A DNA stretch of 39,708 nt from a virus (Duplodnaviria; Caudoviricetes): IMG/VR virus record IMGVR_UViG_3300020045_004239, positions 1 through 39,708 of that record, one strand, 5' to 3'. Positions 1-7,937 of the stretch are shown here, in pieces. How positions within the stretch are numbered: position 1 is the stretch's first letter; each line of letters opens with the position of its first letter. A program made the position numbers and the translations under genes. A model generated the notes under the pieces. It saw nothing but the letters and a program-made list of their open reading frames with translations. It made no database searches and was not told the origin of the DNA.

Positions 1-915
1 CCAACCATGATAATCATCAGCAATTCCTAAATACTGTTTTAAGCTAAACACAGTTTTATCATGGCAATGGCTATGATGACACTTAAAATTCCCTTGGTCA
101 TAACCATTATAATGAGCCAAGAAATAACGTGCAGAGCCATCAGGAGTTTTATCAGTATGATTATCAGTCCAAGGGCAATCTAACCTATAGATACCACTGT
201 TTATGCGCTCGATTATTAATCCTCTATTATTTAGCGCATCAAAAACTTGGTCATCTATCTCTGGTATGAATTTTGATTTATTCGATGGAGACTCAAAACC
301 AACAGCGGTCTCAGAGATTTCAGAGTATTTCCCAAATACCAAATCTAATTCCTCAAACGAGTATCTAACATTATTGTCAATAAAACAAACCCTGCTAGGA
401 TTATCCTTGTCCTTCCAATGCAAATACCCAGGTAATCTCAAATACCTAGTACAATCCTTAGCACCTTTATCAAATCCATAGTGCGTAACTAATTTAGATT
501 GAAGAATATTCCATTGTTCTAAGCTAACTACGCTATTATCTGATATTAACCAGTAATAATGATACTTATTGCCCTCTTTAGATGAAGATGATTGAACAAT
601 CAATGAAGGTTTTAAATCAAAATCATCCCTAGGTTCTGGTCTTTTAATATCATCATCACCAAACAATGCTCTAGCCCGCATAAACATAGCGGTTGTTCTT
701 TCTCTTTCTGGGTCTTTCGATTGGTCTAATTCATTTACTGTAAAGAATATGGATTCTTTATGTTCATTATTTCTTGGTATTAAATTCTGTTTTGCAAAGC
801 GGTATTCCCTTTGCTGATGCCTAGGGCGATTTGAAGCATCATCCATAACAACAAATATTTGTTTTCCAACAAAATGCCCCAAAAATGATTCAGTATCAAA
901 AGACCAATCTTTCAT
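1..915 (-). CDS. RepB-family (AEP) DNA primase with C-terminal zinc-binding domain; runs off the window start
   Basis: Not in the ORF track; translated by hand from ATG at 915 (AGGA upstream): MKDWSFDTESFLGHF...ALFGDDD...PSLIVQSSSSKEGNKYHYYWL...DCTRYLRLPGYLHWK...CPWTDNH...FKCHHSHC. 305 codons with no stop. The DxD, SS..GxxHxYW and RLPG motifs are typical of RepB-type primases. Confidence 0.85.
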   Translation of the reverse strand, partial: MKDWSFDTESFLGHFVGKQIFVVMDDASNRPRHQQREYRFAKQNLIPRNNEHKESIFFTVNELDQSKDPERERTTAMFMRARALFGDDDIKRPEPRDDFDLKPSLIVQSSSSKEGNKYHYYWLISDNSVVSLEQWNILQSKLVTHYGFDKGAKDCTRYLRLPGYLHWKDKDNPSRVCFIDNNVRYSFEELDLVFGKYSEISETAVGFESPSNKSKFIPEIDDQVFDALNNRGLIIERINSGIYRLDCPWTDNHTDKTPDGSARYFLAHYNGYDQGNFKCHHSHCHDKTVFSLKQYLGIADDYHGW

Positions 916-1030
916 AAAATTCCTATATGTGCTTGTTAGATAAACGGTTGATTTAACATAGCCTTATGCGATAAGGTGAAACCTAAGCCGGATAATCAGG
1001 TTACTCCTAAGCGGGAATTTTTGCAAGACA

Positions 1031-1186
1031 CTATATATTGTGTTTAAATTTCACAAAACAATCATTTACACACAACAGATACTGTGGAAATTATTAGTTT
1101 GGGTTGCATCGCTTAATTGGATTATTTGTACAACCAATATATTTCATACCAAATGGAAATGTAAACTTATATACATAATATTTCAT
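1031..1186 (-). pseudogene. Degenerate GIY-YIG endonuclease remnant
   Basis: ATG at 1186 reads MKYYVYKFTFPFGMKYIGCTNNPIKRCNPN then TAA TAA; the same frame continues ...VNDCFVKFKHNI*. YVY..YIG.T....R is the GIY-YIG signature. Confidence 0.7.
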
Positions 1187-1229
1187 AATAAACCTATATT
1201 TTATAATTAATAAACCTGTAGTTTATAAT
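1187..1229. repeat. Tandem imperfect 21-bp direct repeat with 22-bp period
   Basis: AATAAACCTATATTTTATAAT (1187-1207) and AATAAACCTGTAGTTTATAAT (1209-1229), 19/21 identical, in the AT-rich divergent intergenic region. Confidence 0.75.
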
Positions 1230-1267
1230 ACTTGCCCTACAAAACATATAATAGCACAAAATAAGAC

Positions 1268-1296
1268 TTGCACTGTAAAACTATTTATGCTATCTT
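1268..1296 (+). promoter_or_regulatory. Sigma70-like promoter of the rightward replication operon
   Basis: TTGCAC-N17-TATCTT with extended -10 TG, upstream of the ORF at 1350. Confidence 0.6.
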
Positions 1297-1349
1297 ATGC
1301 ACGCACTAGAAAGAGGTGCAAAAACTTTTAACTTAATATAAGGAATGAT

Positions 1350-1523
1350 ATGAACAAGATCAGAATAATCTTTTATGATAATAAAATTATACTAGATATT
1401 ATGGAAATATCTGAACCATTTAGAAAAGATGGAAGCCTTCGTTCTTTTATCTCAAAAGCTATAATAAGAGCAATTAAACAAGGCAATACAATAAAGATTG
1501 AAAACATAGGGGAAGGCGAATGA
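1350..1523 (+). CDS. Small hypothetical protein (57 aa)
   Basis: TAAGGA SD then ATG; MNKIRIIFYDNKIILDIME...ENIGEGE*; stop overlaps the next ATG (ATGA). Confidence 0.65.
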   Translation: MNKIRIIFYDNKIILDIMEISEPFRKDGSLRSFISKAIIRAIKQGNTIKIENIGEGE

Positions 1524-1720
1524 AAATCCATGAATTAATAGCAGAATTACAAAATTTTGACTTAAATTTGAATGTTGAATGTTTGTGTGAATGTACTGAC
1601 TGGGCATATAATGAAGAACTTGAATGCTCGGAAGAAGTAGATTCATATTATCAAGGTAATGTTAGTAAGGTTGAACTATGGATAAATAACTCTTCCAAAC
1701 ATGTTGTTAGAATTTCTTGA
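1520..1720 (+). CDS. Hypothetical acidic protein (66 aa)
   Basis: ORF track; coupled to the upstream ORF; MKIHELIAELQNFD start is typical of small phage ORFs. Confidence 0.65.
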   Translation: MKIHELIAELQNFDLNLNVECLCECTDWAYNEELECSEEVDSYYQGNVSKVELWINNSSKHVVRIS

Positions 1721-1732
1721 GGATTTGCATAA

Positions 1733-2410
1733 ATGACAATTAATATCACAAGCACAAAAGAACAATCTTCATTCATTAAAATGATGGTCTATGGTGATGC
1801 GGGTGTTGGCAAGACTTCTCTTATCGCTACTTCACCTAATCCTATAATCATATCATCCGAAAGCGGTTTGTTGCCGCTTGCAGGACATGATATTCCAGTC
1901 ATTAAGATTAACTCATATGATGAATTAGTAGAGGCTTATGACTATTGTATAAACTCAGATTATCAAACGATCTGCCTAGATTCGCTTAGTGACATCGCAG
2001 AGACAATCTTAGCGGAATATAAACAGGAAGAGAAAGACCCCCGAAAAGCCTATGGGCGGCTTGCCGATGATTTGTTGTCTGCGGTACGTGCATTTCGAGA
2101 CATCGAAGACAAGCATGTTTATTTTGTAAGCAAGCAAGCAAGATTAGAAGATCAAGACACAGGGGTGTGCGCCTACAGGCCATCATTCCCAGGCCAGCAG
2201 TTAAACATGAATATGCCATACTTCTTTGACCTGTTATTATGCCTACGTATTGGGGTAGATAAAGATGGCATTAAATATCGCTATCTGCAAACACAAGGCG
2301 ACATTAACCATGTATGCAAAGACCGAAGTGGTAGGCTAGACGAGTTTGAAGAACCAGATTTAACAAAACTATTCAACAAAATAAAAGGTGTAAAAGATGC
2401 CCCTATTTGA
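1733..2410 (+). CDS. AAA_24-type ATPase, Sak4-like single-strand annealing protein
   Basis: Walker A GDAGVGKT, Walker B-like TICLDSLS, C-terminal KDRSGRL; lies next to a DUF669 SSB and an exonuclease. Confidence 0.85.
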   Translation: MTINITSTKEQSSFIKMMVYGDAGVGKTSLIATSPNPIIISSESGLLPLAGHDIPVIKINSYDELVEAYDYCINSDYQTICLDSLSDIAETILAEYKQEEKDPRKAYGRLADDLLSAVRAFRDIEDKHVYFVSKQARLEDQDTGVCAYRPSFPGQQLNMNMPYFFDLLLCLRIGVDKDGIKYRYLQTQGDINHVCKDRSGRLDEFEEPDLTKLFNKIKGVKDAPI

Positions 2411-2624
2411 AATTGAATTTGAAGTATATTGTGAATGTGGTGAAGGGTTATGTAATAGCACAGCAGTTAGAAAAAGTAAGAATAGAGGTGTGGATCAAAT
2501 AGTTGTTGGACCATGCAAATCTTGTATTGAAGAAGTGGAAAACGAAAAGGATAATGAAATATATTACCTTAAAAAGGAAATATTAGAATTGGAAATTAAG
2601 ATAGAGGAGTTGACTATGCCATAA
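2397..2624 (+). CDS. Small zinc-finger/coiled-coil hypothetical protein
   Basis: CECGEGLC...PCKSC followed by an acidic heptad tail. Confidence 0.65.
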   Translation: MPLFEIEFEVYCECGEGLCNSTAVRKSKNRGVDQIVVGPCKSCIEEVENEKDNEIYYLKKEILELEIKIEELTMP

Positions 2625-2675
2625 AAAACTGAAACTAAACCAGCTAAATAACTTTTAACTTAATAGGAAACAAAA

Positions 2676-3107
2676 ATGGCGAAATTACCACAATCATTTT
2701 CAAGTGATGAATCAGACGATATTTGTCCAACAGGCGACTATCTTGCTGAAATCATTAAAACAGAAATGAAAAAAACAAATAGCGGCGATGGAGAATATCT
2801 TTCTTTGCACTTTAAGATTCTTGAAGGCGCACAGAAAGGCTCACTTGTCTTTTCTAATCTTAATCTTATCAACCCAAATGAAATGGCAGTCAAAATTGCT
2901 AATGGACAATTGAAAAGGATTATCAATGCAATTGGCAAAGATCCTGCTAAAATGGTTGATTCTGATGAACTCAAAAACATACCTCTTATGATTAGTGTTG
3001 TTAAGCGTCCTGAAGATGATGCTTATCCTGGTGTTGACATCAAGAAGTTTTTTAAAGCAAGTGCTGATGGCTCTAAGCCTAAAGCAAATCCATTTGCTAA
3101 AAAATAA
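2676..3107 (+). CDS. DUF669-family single-stranded DNA-binding protein
   Basis: PTGDYLAEIIKTEMKKT.SGDGEYLSLHFKILEG...NLNLINPN..AVKIA pattern; Sak4 gene context. Confidence 0.8.
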   Translation: MAKLPQSFSSDESDDICPTGDYLAEIIKTEMKKTNSGDGEYLSLHFKILEGAQKGSLVFSNLNLINPNEMAVKIANGQLKRIINAIGKDPAKMVDSDELKNIPLMISVVKRPEDDAYPGVDIKKFFKASADGSKPKANPFAKK

Positions 3108-3117
3108 TCTGCGCTTC

Positions 3118-3149
3118 GCCGCTCGGCGTAATCCTCAGAAAAGAGCGGC
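3118..3149 (+). other. GC-rich inverted repeat after the SSB gene (possible RNA-stabilising or processing hairpin)
   Basis: GCCGCTC (3118-3124) pairs with GAGCGGC (3143-3149); 18-nt loop, weak U tract. Confidence 0.4.
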
Positions 3150-3170
3150 ACTTTAACTTTGGAGAATGAA

Positions 3171-3347
3171 ATGAAATATTTAATGTTATTGTTATGCTTA
3201 ACAGGCTGCTCACATGAATTCTGGTGGGGCGATGGTAGGCCTGTTGTGTATAGCCCAGAAGCGGCAGAACATTATCAAAGAATGCGCGAGCTTACAACAA
3301 TATATCAGATGCAACGCAATGACCAATTGCGTGATATGAATAGGTAA
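3171..3347 (+). CDS. Small predicted lipoprotein (58 aa)
   Basis: GGAG SD then ATG 3171; MKYLMLLLCLTG|C is a signal peptide II with an LTGC lipobox. Confidence 0.7.
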   Translation: MKYLMLLLCLTGCSHEFWWGDGRPVVYSPEAAEHYQRMRELTTIYQMQRNDQLRDMNR

Positions 3348-3417
3348 AGATGATGGATGAAAAATTAGACGTGATTTACATTATTGTTTTCATATACTTT
3401 TTATTTAAGGGGTGATT

Positions 3418-4236
3418 GTGGCCATACTACCCAAACAAAACAATACTGCTGGACAAAACATTGCTGATATTCTTAATGATGGATTGATTAATCAAATCCA
3501 AAGAGGATACTTAGGCTATTCATCAAGCGGCGAACCTTGTTTAAGAAAATTGTGGTACTCTTTTCGATGGGCTAGTGAGGACTTGATTAATAAGCAAACA
3601 AAGCGCATTTTTGATCTAGGGCATACACTAGAAGCGGAAATCAAAAAGGATTTAATTGCTCATGGTTTTACTATTACTGATGAACAATTATTTGTTGAAG
3701 GGTGCTATGGTCATGCTAAAGGGCATATTGATGGTATCATATGCTTACCTAATAGTAGTGAAAAAATGCTGCTTGAGATTAAAACATCGAATACGCTTGC
3801 ATGGAGTGCTATTGTTAAGCGAAGCGTAGAGAAAGAAAAACCTGCCCATTATTTACAGATGCAAGCGTATATGGGAAAACTTGATTTACGCTTTGGTTTA
3901 TATGTTTGTTGTAACAAAAACACAAGCGAATATTACACTGAGATAGTGGAATTTGATGCATTATGTTTCAATGATATTGACAGAAAGTTTAATAGTGTAT
4001 TAATGAGCGAATTTCCACCTGACAAGATAGGAGACAGAGACTATTATTCATGTCAGTGGTGCACACACAAAGCTGTATGTCATGAGCAATCAGTGCCAAG
4101 CGTTAATTGTAGAACTTGCCAGTTTGTTTCAATAGAAATGAATGGAGAGTGGAAATGTGGAAAGACAAACAATTTATTAAGCGAAGACGAACAGCGTATA
4201 GGTTGTAACAAATATAAGAGAAGCGAAATGTTATGA
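3418..4236 (+). CDS. PD-(D/E)XK Cas4-like exonuclease
   Basis: GEPCLRKLWY, GHIDG, LEIKT, HYLQMQAYM and C-terminal CQWC...C/CRTC cysteines. GTG 3418 is preferred over 3412 for SD spacing. Confidence 0.85.
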   Translation: MAILPKQNNTAGQNIADILNDGLINQIQRGYLGYSSSGEPCLRKLWYSFRWASEDLINKQTKRIFDLGHTLEAEIKKDLIAHGFTITDEQLFVEGCYGHAKGHIDGIICLPNSSEKMLLEIKTSNTLAWSAIVKRSVEKEKPAHYLQMQAYMGKLDLRFGLYVCCNKNTSEYYTEIVEFDALCFNDIDRKFNSVLMSEFPPDKIGDRDYYSCQWCTHKAVCHEQSVPSVNCRTCQFVSIEMNGEWKCGKTNNLLSEDEQRIGCNKYKRSEML

Positions 4237-4261
4237 AATATTATTTAAAAGAAATGGCAAT

Positions 4262-5821
4262 ATGAAACCAAGATCATACCAAGTCGAAGCATACAATAGT
4301 GCTATAGATTACATGATGCAGCGTCCTGATCGGCATGGTATTATTGCTATGCCTACAGGAACTGGCAAGTCACTTGTAATTGCTATGATTGCCGCTTTTG
4401 TTAACACTGAGTGGAAAACTAAAGTGTTGATTTTATCGCACTCTGAATCAATATTGAAACAAGACTATATACAACTCGCTGAATTATTACCTGATATTGG
4501 TTTATATTCAGCTGGTTTAGATTCAAGAATTGTTAAGAATGTGACTATAGCAGGTATTCAATCAATCTATAAGCAACCAGAATTATTCAAAGACATAGGC
4601 TTAGTAATAATTGATGAATGTCATAGCATAAGCAATGAAGATAATTCTATGTATAGGATGTTTTTGAATAGCGTAGGCAAGATATACCTAGGGTTTACAG
4701 CTACGCCTTACCGCTTGTCTAGTGGTTTGATGTATGGTAAGCCTATTTCATTGTTTAGTGATTTGATTTATGACTTAACTAACATAGATAACTTTAATAA
4801 ATTGATTGAAGATGGTTATCTTTGTCGATTGAAAGTGCCTAGTACGCAATTAAATATTGACACTTCTGAATTACATCATAGAGGTGGAGAATTTATTGAT
4901 AAAGAAATGTCATCATTGATCGATAAAAAAGAAATAACAGAAGCAGCATTGCTAGAAACGATTTACATTGCTAATCAATATAACTGTAAGAAATGGCTTA
5001 TATTCGCAATTGATATAAAACATTCAGAAAACATAGCGGAAGCATTGTTATCGAAAGGAATTAAGTCTGGTGTTATGCACTCTAAAATGGATTTTGACAA
5101 AGATTGGGTCATTAATGCACATAAATCGGGTGATATTACCGCTTTAGTCAATGTCAATATGCTTACTACTGGTTATGACGACCCTGGAATTGATTTAATT
5201 GTCATGTTGCGCCCTACTGAATCACCAGTTTTACACGTTCAATCTGCTGGCAGAGGGACTCGTATATCTCCTAATAAAGAGTTTTGTGTATTTTTAGATT
5301 TTGCAGGGAATACTAAGAGACTTGGCCCAATTAACGCTGTGCAAGTAAAAGATAAATATAAACTTGATAAGACAATAGGCGAGCCAATATATAAAACTTG
5401 CCCTGAGTGCGAATCTTTGACTTATCCTGCTTGTAAAATTTGCAATGAATGTGGATATAAATTTACTTTTGAAACGAAGTTGGAATATACTAGTTCTAGG
5501 ATTGAGGTTATTGCTGAAAACAAAACTTGGTACGCTGTCGATTCTGTTGCTTATTGGGTAATTGCCCTGCCTAGTGTAGAGGCTATCAAATGCACGTACC
5601 AAAGCGGCCTACAGTCTTTTAATGAGTTGTTTTGCCTAAATCATACAGGGTATGCCCGATCACGCGCGGTTAACGTGCTGACCTTTAGGGGTGCAAGCCC
5701 TATTGATTTGCGCTGCTGTAATGACTTCTTAGATAGTCCTATCGAAAATTTAAAATCCCCTAAAAGAATTTTGATAGATTCGAGTGCAAAATATTCTAAG
5801 GTTTTGAAATATGAGTATTGA
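4262..5821 (+). CDS. SF2 DExH helicase with zinc ribbon (RadD/YejH-like)
   Basis: PTGTGKS, IIDECH, TATP, LTTGYD, QSAGRGTR and CPEC...CNEC. Confidence 0.9.
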   Translation: MKPRSYQVEAYNSAIDYMMQRPDRHGIIAMPTGTGKSLVIAMIAAFVNTEWKTKVLILSHSESILKQDYIQLAELLPDIGLYSAGLDSRIVKNVTIAGIQSIYKQPELFKDIGLVIIDECHSISNEDNSMYRMFLNSVGKIYLGFTATPYRLSSGLMYGKPISLFSDLIYDLTNIDNFNKLIEDGYLCRLKVPSTQLNIDTSELHHRGGEFIDKEMSSLIDKKEITEAALLETIYIANQYNCKKWLIFAIDIKHSENIAEALLSKGIKSGVMHSKMDFDKDWVINAHKSGDITALVNVNMLTTGYDDPGIDLIVMLRPTESPVLHVQSAGRGTRISPNKEFCVFLDFAGNTKRLGPINAVQVKDKYKLDKTIGEPIYKTCPECESLTYPACKICNECGYKFTFETKLEYTSSRIEVIAENKTWYAVDSVAYWVIALPSVEAIKCTYQSGLQSFNELFCLNHTGYARSRAVNVLTFRGASPIDLRCCNDFLDSPIENLKSPKRILIDSSAKYSKVLKYEY

Positions 5822-5846
5822 CACGGCTTGAAAGTTTTGCTAGACT
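5818..5846 (+). promoter_or_regulatory. Strong sigma70 promoter
   Basis: TTGACA-N17-TAGACT with extended -10 TG; overlaps the helicase stop codon. Confidence 0.75.
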
Positions 5847-5880
5847 CTAGTCTCTTTTAATTTTTATAGGAATAAAACTC

Positions 5881-6513
5881 ATGAGTAATGCACAAAAATT
5901 TGTTAATGAAGAAATTGTTGACGAAAACGAAACCAAACAAGACATCCAAAATGATACACAGGAAGAAGACAACAAAGACCCAGCTTTTGAAGAAATCAAA
6001 GCAGCGTTCCAAGAAGCATATGCAAAAGAAGGCGCAGATGACGAAGCTGTTAAGATGGCTATGTTGATGGCTGGTGCTAAGTTTGCTAATGTAGCCCGTT
6101 ACTTTAACCAACTAATGGTTGAATTTGGTTTTACTAAGAGCAAAGAAGAAAGAAATCAAATCCTTGACAAGTTGCTTTCTGGTCTTGACTTGACTATTGA
6201 AACTACATTTGATGAAGCACTGAACAAAACTGCCGAAACGCTGGATGTTAACGAGCGTTCTGCCGCTACTTCTGTAAGAATGTGGTGCAAGAAAAATGAA
6301 GTTGAATTTTTCAAGAAACCTAAAGCAGAACCAAGTGAAAGTCGTTCAAGTTTCGATACCAATATGTATCAGTGGATTCTTGACAACATGAATGCAACGG
6401 TTGAGCAATTCACCACTTACTTGGATGAAGTTGGTACAGAAAACACAAAGCGGTTCAGAGCCAAACATTTGGGTATTTTTGATTTTGTACAAAAAATCAA
6501 AGCCAAGTATTAA
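5881..6513 (+). CDS. Hypothetical protein (210 aa), acidic N-terminus; paralog of 38435-39004
   Basis: Has its own promoter, AGGA SD and downstream terminator; the C-terminal ~60 aa align by eye with 38435-39004. Confidence 0.8.
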   Translation: MSNAQKFVNEEIVDENETKQDIQNDTQEEDNKDPAFEEIKAAFQEAYAKEGADDEAVKMAMLMAGAKFANVARYFNQLMVEFGFTKSKEERNQILDKLLSGLDLTIETTFDEALNKTAETLDVNERSAATSVRMWCKKNEVEFFKKPKAEPSESRSSFDTNMYQWILDNMNATVEQFTTYLDEVGTENTKRFRAKHLGIFDFVQKIKAKY

Positions 6514-6535
6514 TCATTAGGCTTAATGTCAATCC

Positions 6536-6566
6536 ACAGGGCATTTAATTATGCCCTGTTTTATTT
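6536..6566 (+). terminator. Rho-independent terminator
   Basis: ACAGGGCAT-TTAATT-ATGCCCTGT followed by TTTATTT. Confidence 0.75.
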
Positions 6567-6579
6567 GTGGGAGATAAAC

Positions 6580-7455
6580 ATGATAATTTTAGGTGCAGGA
6601 TTAAGTGGATGTATTGCATCACTAATGATTCCAGGATCCAAAGTATATGAGCCGCTTAAAGAAGTCAAAAAACATCAAGCAATTTTAAGATTTAAAAACG
6701 ATTCAATTTCAAAAACATTAGGCATACCATTCAAAAAAGTTAAAGTATATAAAGCCATCTGGCACAATGATCGCAATGTTCAATTATCTCCACAATACAT
6801 AATAAGATACTCTAGGAAAGTATCACCAAAAATATCCCATAGATCAATATGCAATCTTGATACAGAAGAAAGATATATTGCACCAAACAATTTGCATGAA
6901 ATATTGCTTGAAATGTGTAGTCCTATGTTTGGATTTGATATTAATTTAATAAAAGAGAATAGTCATACAACAATAAGCACACTTCCAATTGATGTATTAT
7001 GTTCTAATCTAGGGATTGATATACCCAAACTAGAATATCATTCAATATTAATAAGCAGGTTTAGAGTTCCTGATTGCGACGCACATATGACCAACTATTA
7101 TACAGGCGCGACTACCGCTGTATACAGAGCATCCATAGTAGGGGATGAATTGATTATTGAATCAGCTTTTGATATAATAAAAGAAGATATTGAACAAGTA
7201 TTAAACTCTTTCGGGTTAATGGGTATTAGGGTTCTTCCTATCATTGAAAATTATGAGCAAAAGTATGGCAAGATTACACCTTGGTGTGATGATGAGCGAA
7301 AAGCAATATTATATAAACTAACAAAAGAACATAACATCTATTCATTAGGCAGATTTGCTGTGTGGAGAAATATACAGTTAGATGATGTGTACAATGACAT
7401 ATTGCGAATTAAAGAGTGGTCTAATTTAAATGAATATGATAAGATTGTAAGCTAA
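6580..7455 (+). CDS. FAD-dependent oxidoreductase, UDP-galactopyranose mutase-like (291 aa)
   Basis: GGAG SD and ATG 6580 (the track start at 6526 runs through the terminator). N-terminal IILGAGLSG...VYE Rossmann motif; C-terminal IYSLGRFAVWRNIQLDDV resembles the GRxxxY.Y..MD motif of Glf/UGM. Confidence 0.65.
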   Translation: MIILGAGLSGCIASLMIPGSKVYEPLKEVKKHQAILRFKNDSISKTLGIPFKKVKVYKAIWHNDRNVQLSPQYIIRYSRKVSPKISHRSICNLDTEERYIAPNNLHEILLEMCSPMFGFDINLIKENSHTTISTLPIDVLCSNLGIDIPKLEYHSILISRFRVPDCDAHMTNYYTGATTAVYRASIVGDELIIESAFDIIKEDIEQVLNSFGLMGIRVLPIIENYEQKYGKITPWCDDERKAILYKLTKEHNIYSLGRFAVWRNIQLDDVYNDILRIKEWSNLNEYDKIVS

Positions 7456-7937
7456 TGTTAAATCAAATACTGCTAAAGAAATTATTAAACTATGATGAAA
7501 ATACTGGTATTTTTACTAGAAGAATTTCGTTACATGGTAAGGTAAAAGTAGGCGATATTGCAGGTACAATTGCAAATGATGGCTATTGCCACATACGAGT
7601 TGATTCAAAAAGATACCAAGCACACAGATTAGCTTGGCTTTATGTCCACGGGGAATGGCCTACGAATCAAATTGACCATATTAATGGTATAAGAAACGAC
7701 AATAGGATTGCAAACTTAAGAGAAGCAACTCGTTCTGAAAATCAACAAAATAGAAAAACATCTAATTACAATAGTACTAGTGGTTATTTAGGAGTTTCTG
7801 TAAATAAAGATGCTTATACATCCTATATTAGATTAAATGGAAAAATAATTTATTTAGGAAGATTTAAAAACCCATAGCTGGCACATCAGGCTTATTTAAG
7901 TGCTAAACGTCAACTACACTCACACAATACATTATGA
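7455..7937 (+). pseudogene. HNH-AP2 homing endonuclease interrupted by an in-frame TAG at 7875-7877
   Basis: AHRLAWLY...IDHING.R.DNRIANLR...N motifs; after GRFKNP* the frame continues LAHQAYLSAKRQLHSHNTL*, the AP2 C-terminal helix, ending in an ATGA overlap with the next gene. Confidence 0.8.

Noticed and set aside
203-481. 92-aa + strand ORF and the other short antisense or nested ORFs in the track (e.g. 20965-21360, 33040-33435, 11198-11443)
   Set aside because: They overlap well-supported genes (primase, ejection protein, structural protein, dnaE) and show no recognisable motifs.
3418-4236. Cas4-like gene as evidence of a CRISPR system
   Set aside because: No repeat-spacer array or other cas genes were seen; the Sak4/SSB/helicase context marks it as a recombination exonuclease.
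6526-6579. Longer N-termini given in the track for the flavoprotein (6526), GT (8620) and DnaQ (9494)
   Set aside because: Downstream ATGs (6580, 8665, 9530) have an SD or stop/start coupling and begin exactly at the domain motifs; the 6526 extension crosses a terminator hairpin.
7875-7877. Genome-wide TAG reassignment (alternative genetic code)
   Set aside because: Only one gene is interrupted. TAG acts as a normal, well-placed stop for terL (36077) and the ORFs ending at 31597, 29845, 21943 and 17322, and long genes are intact under code 11.
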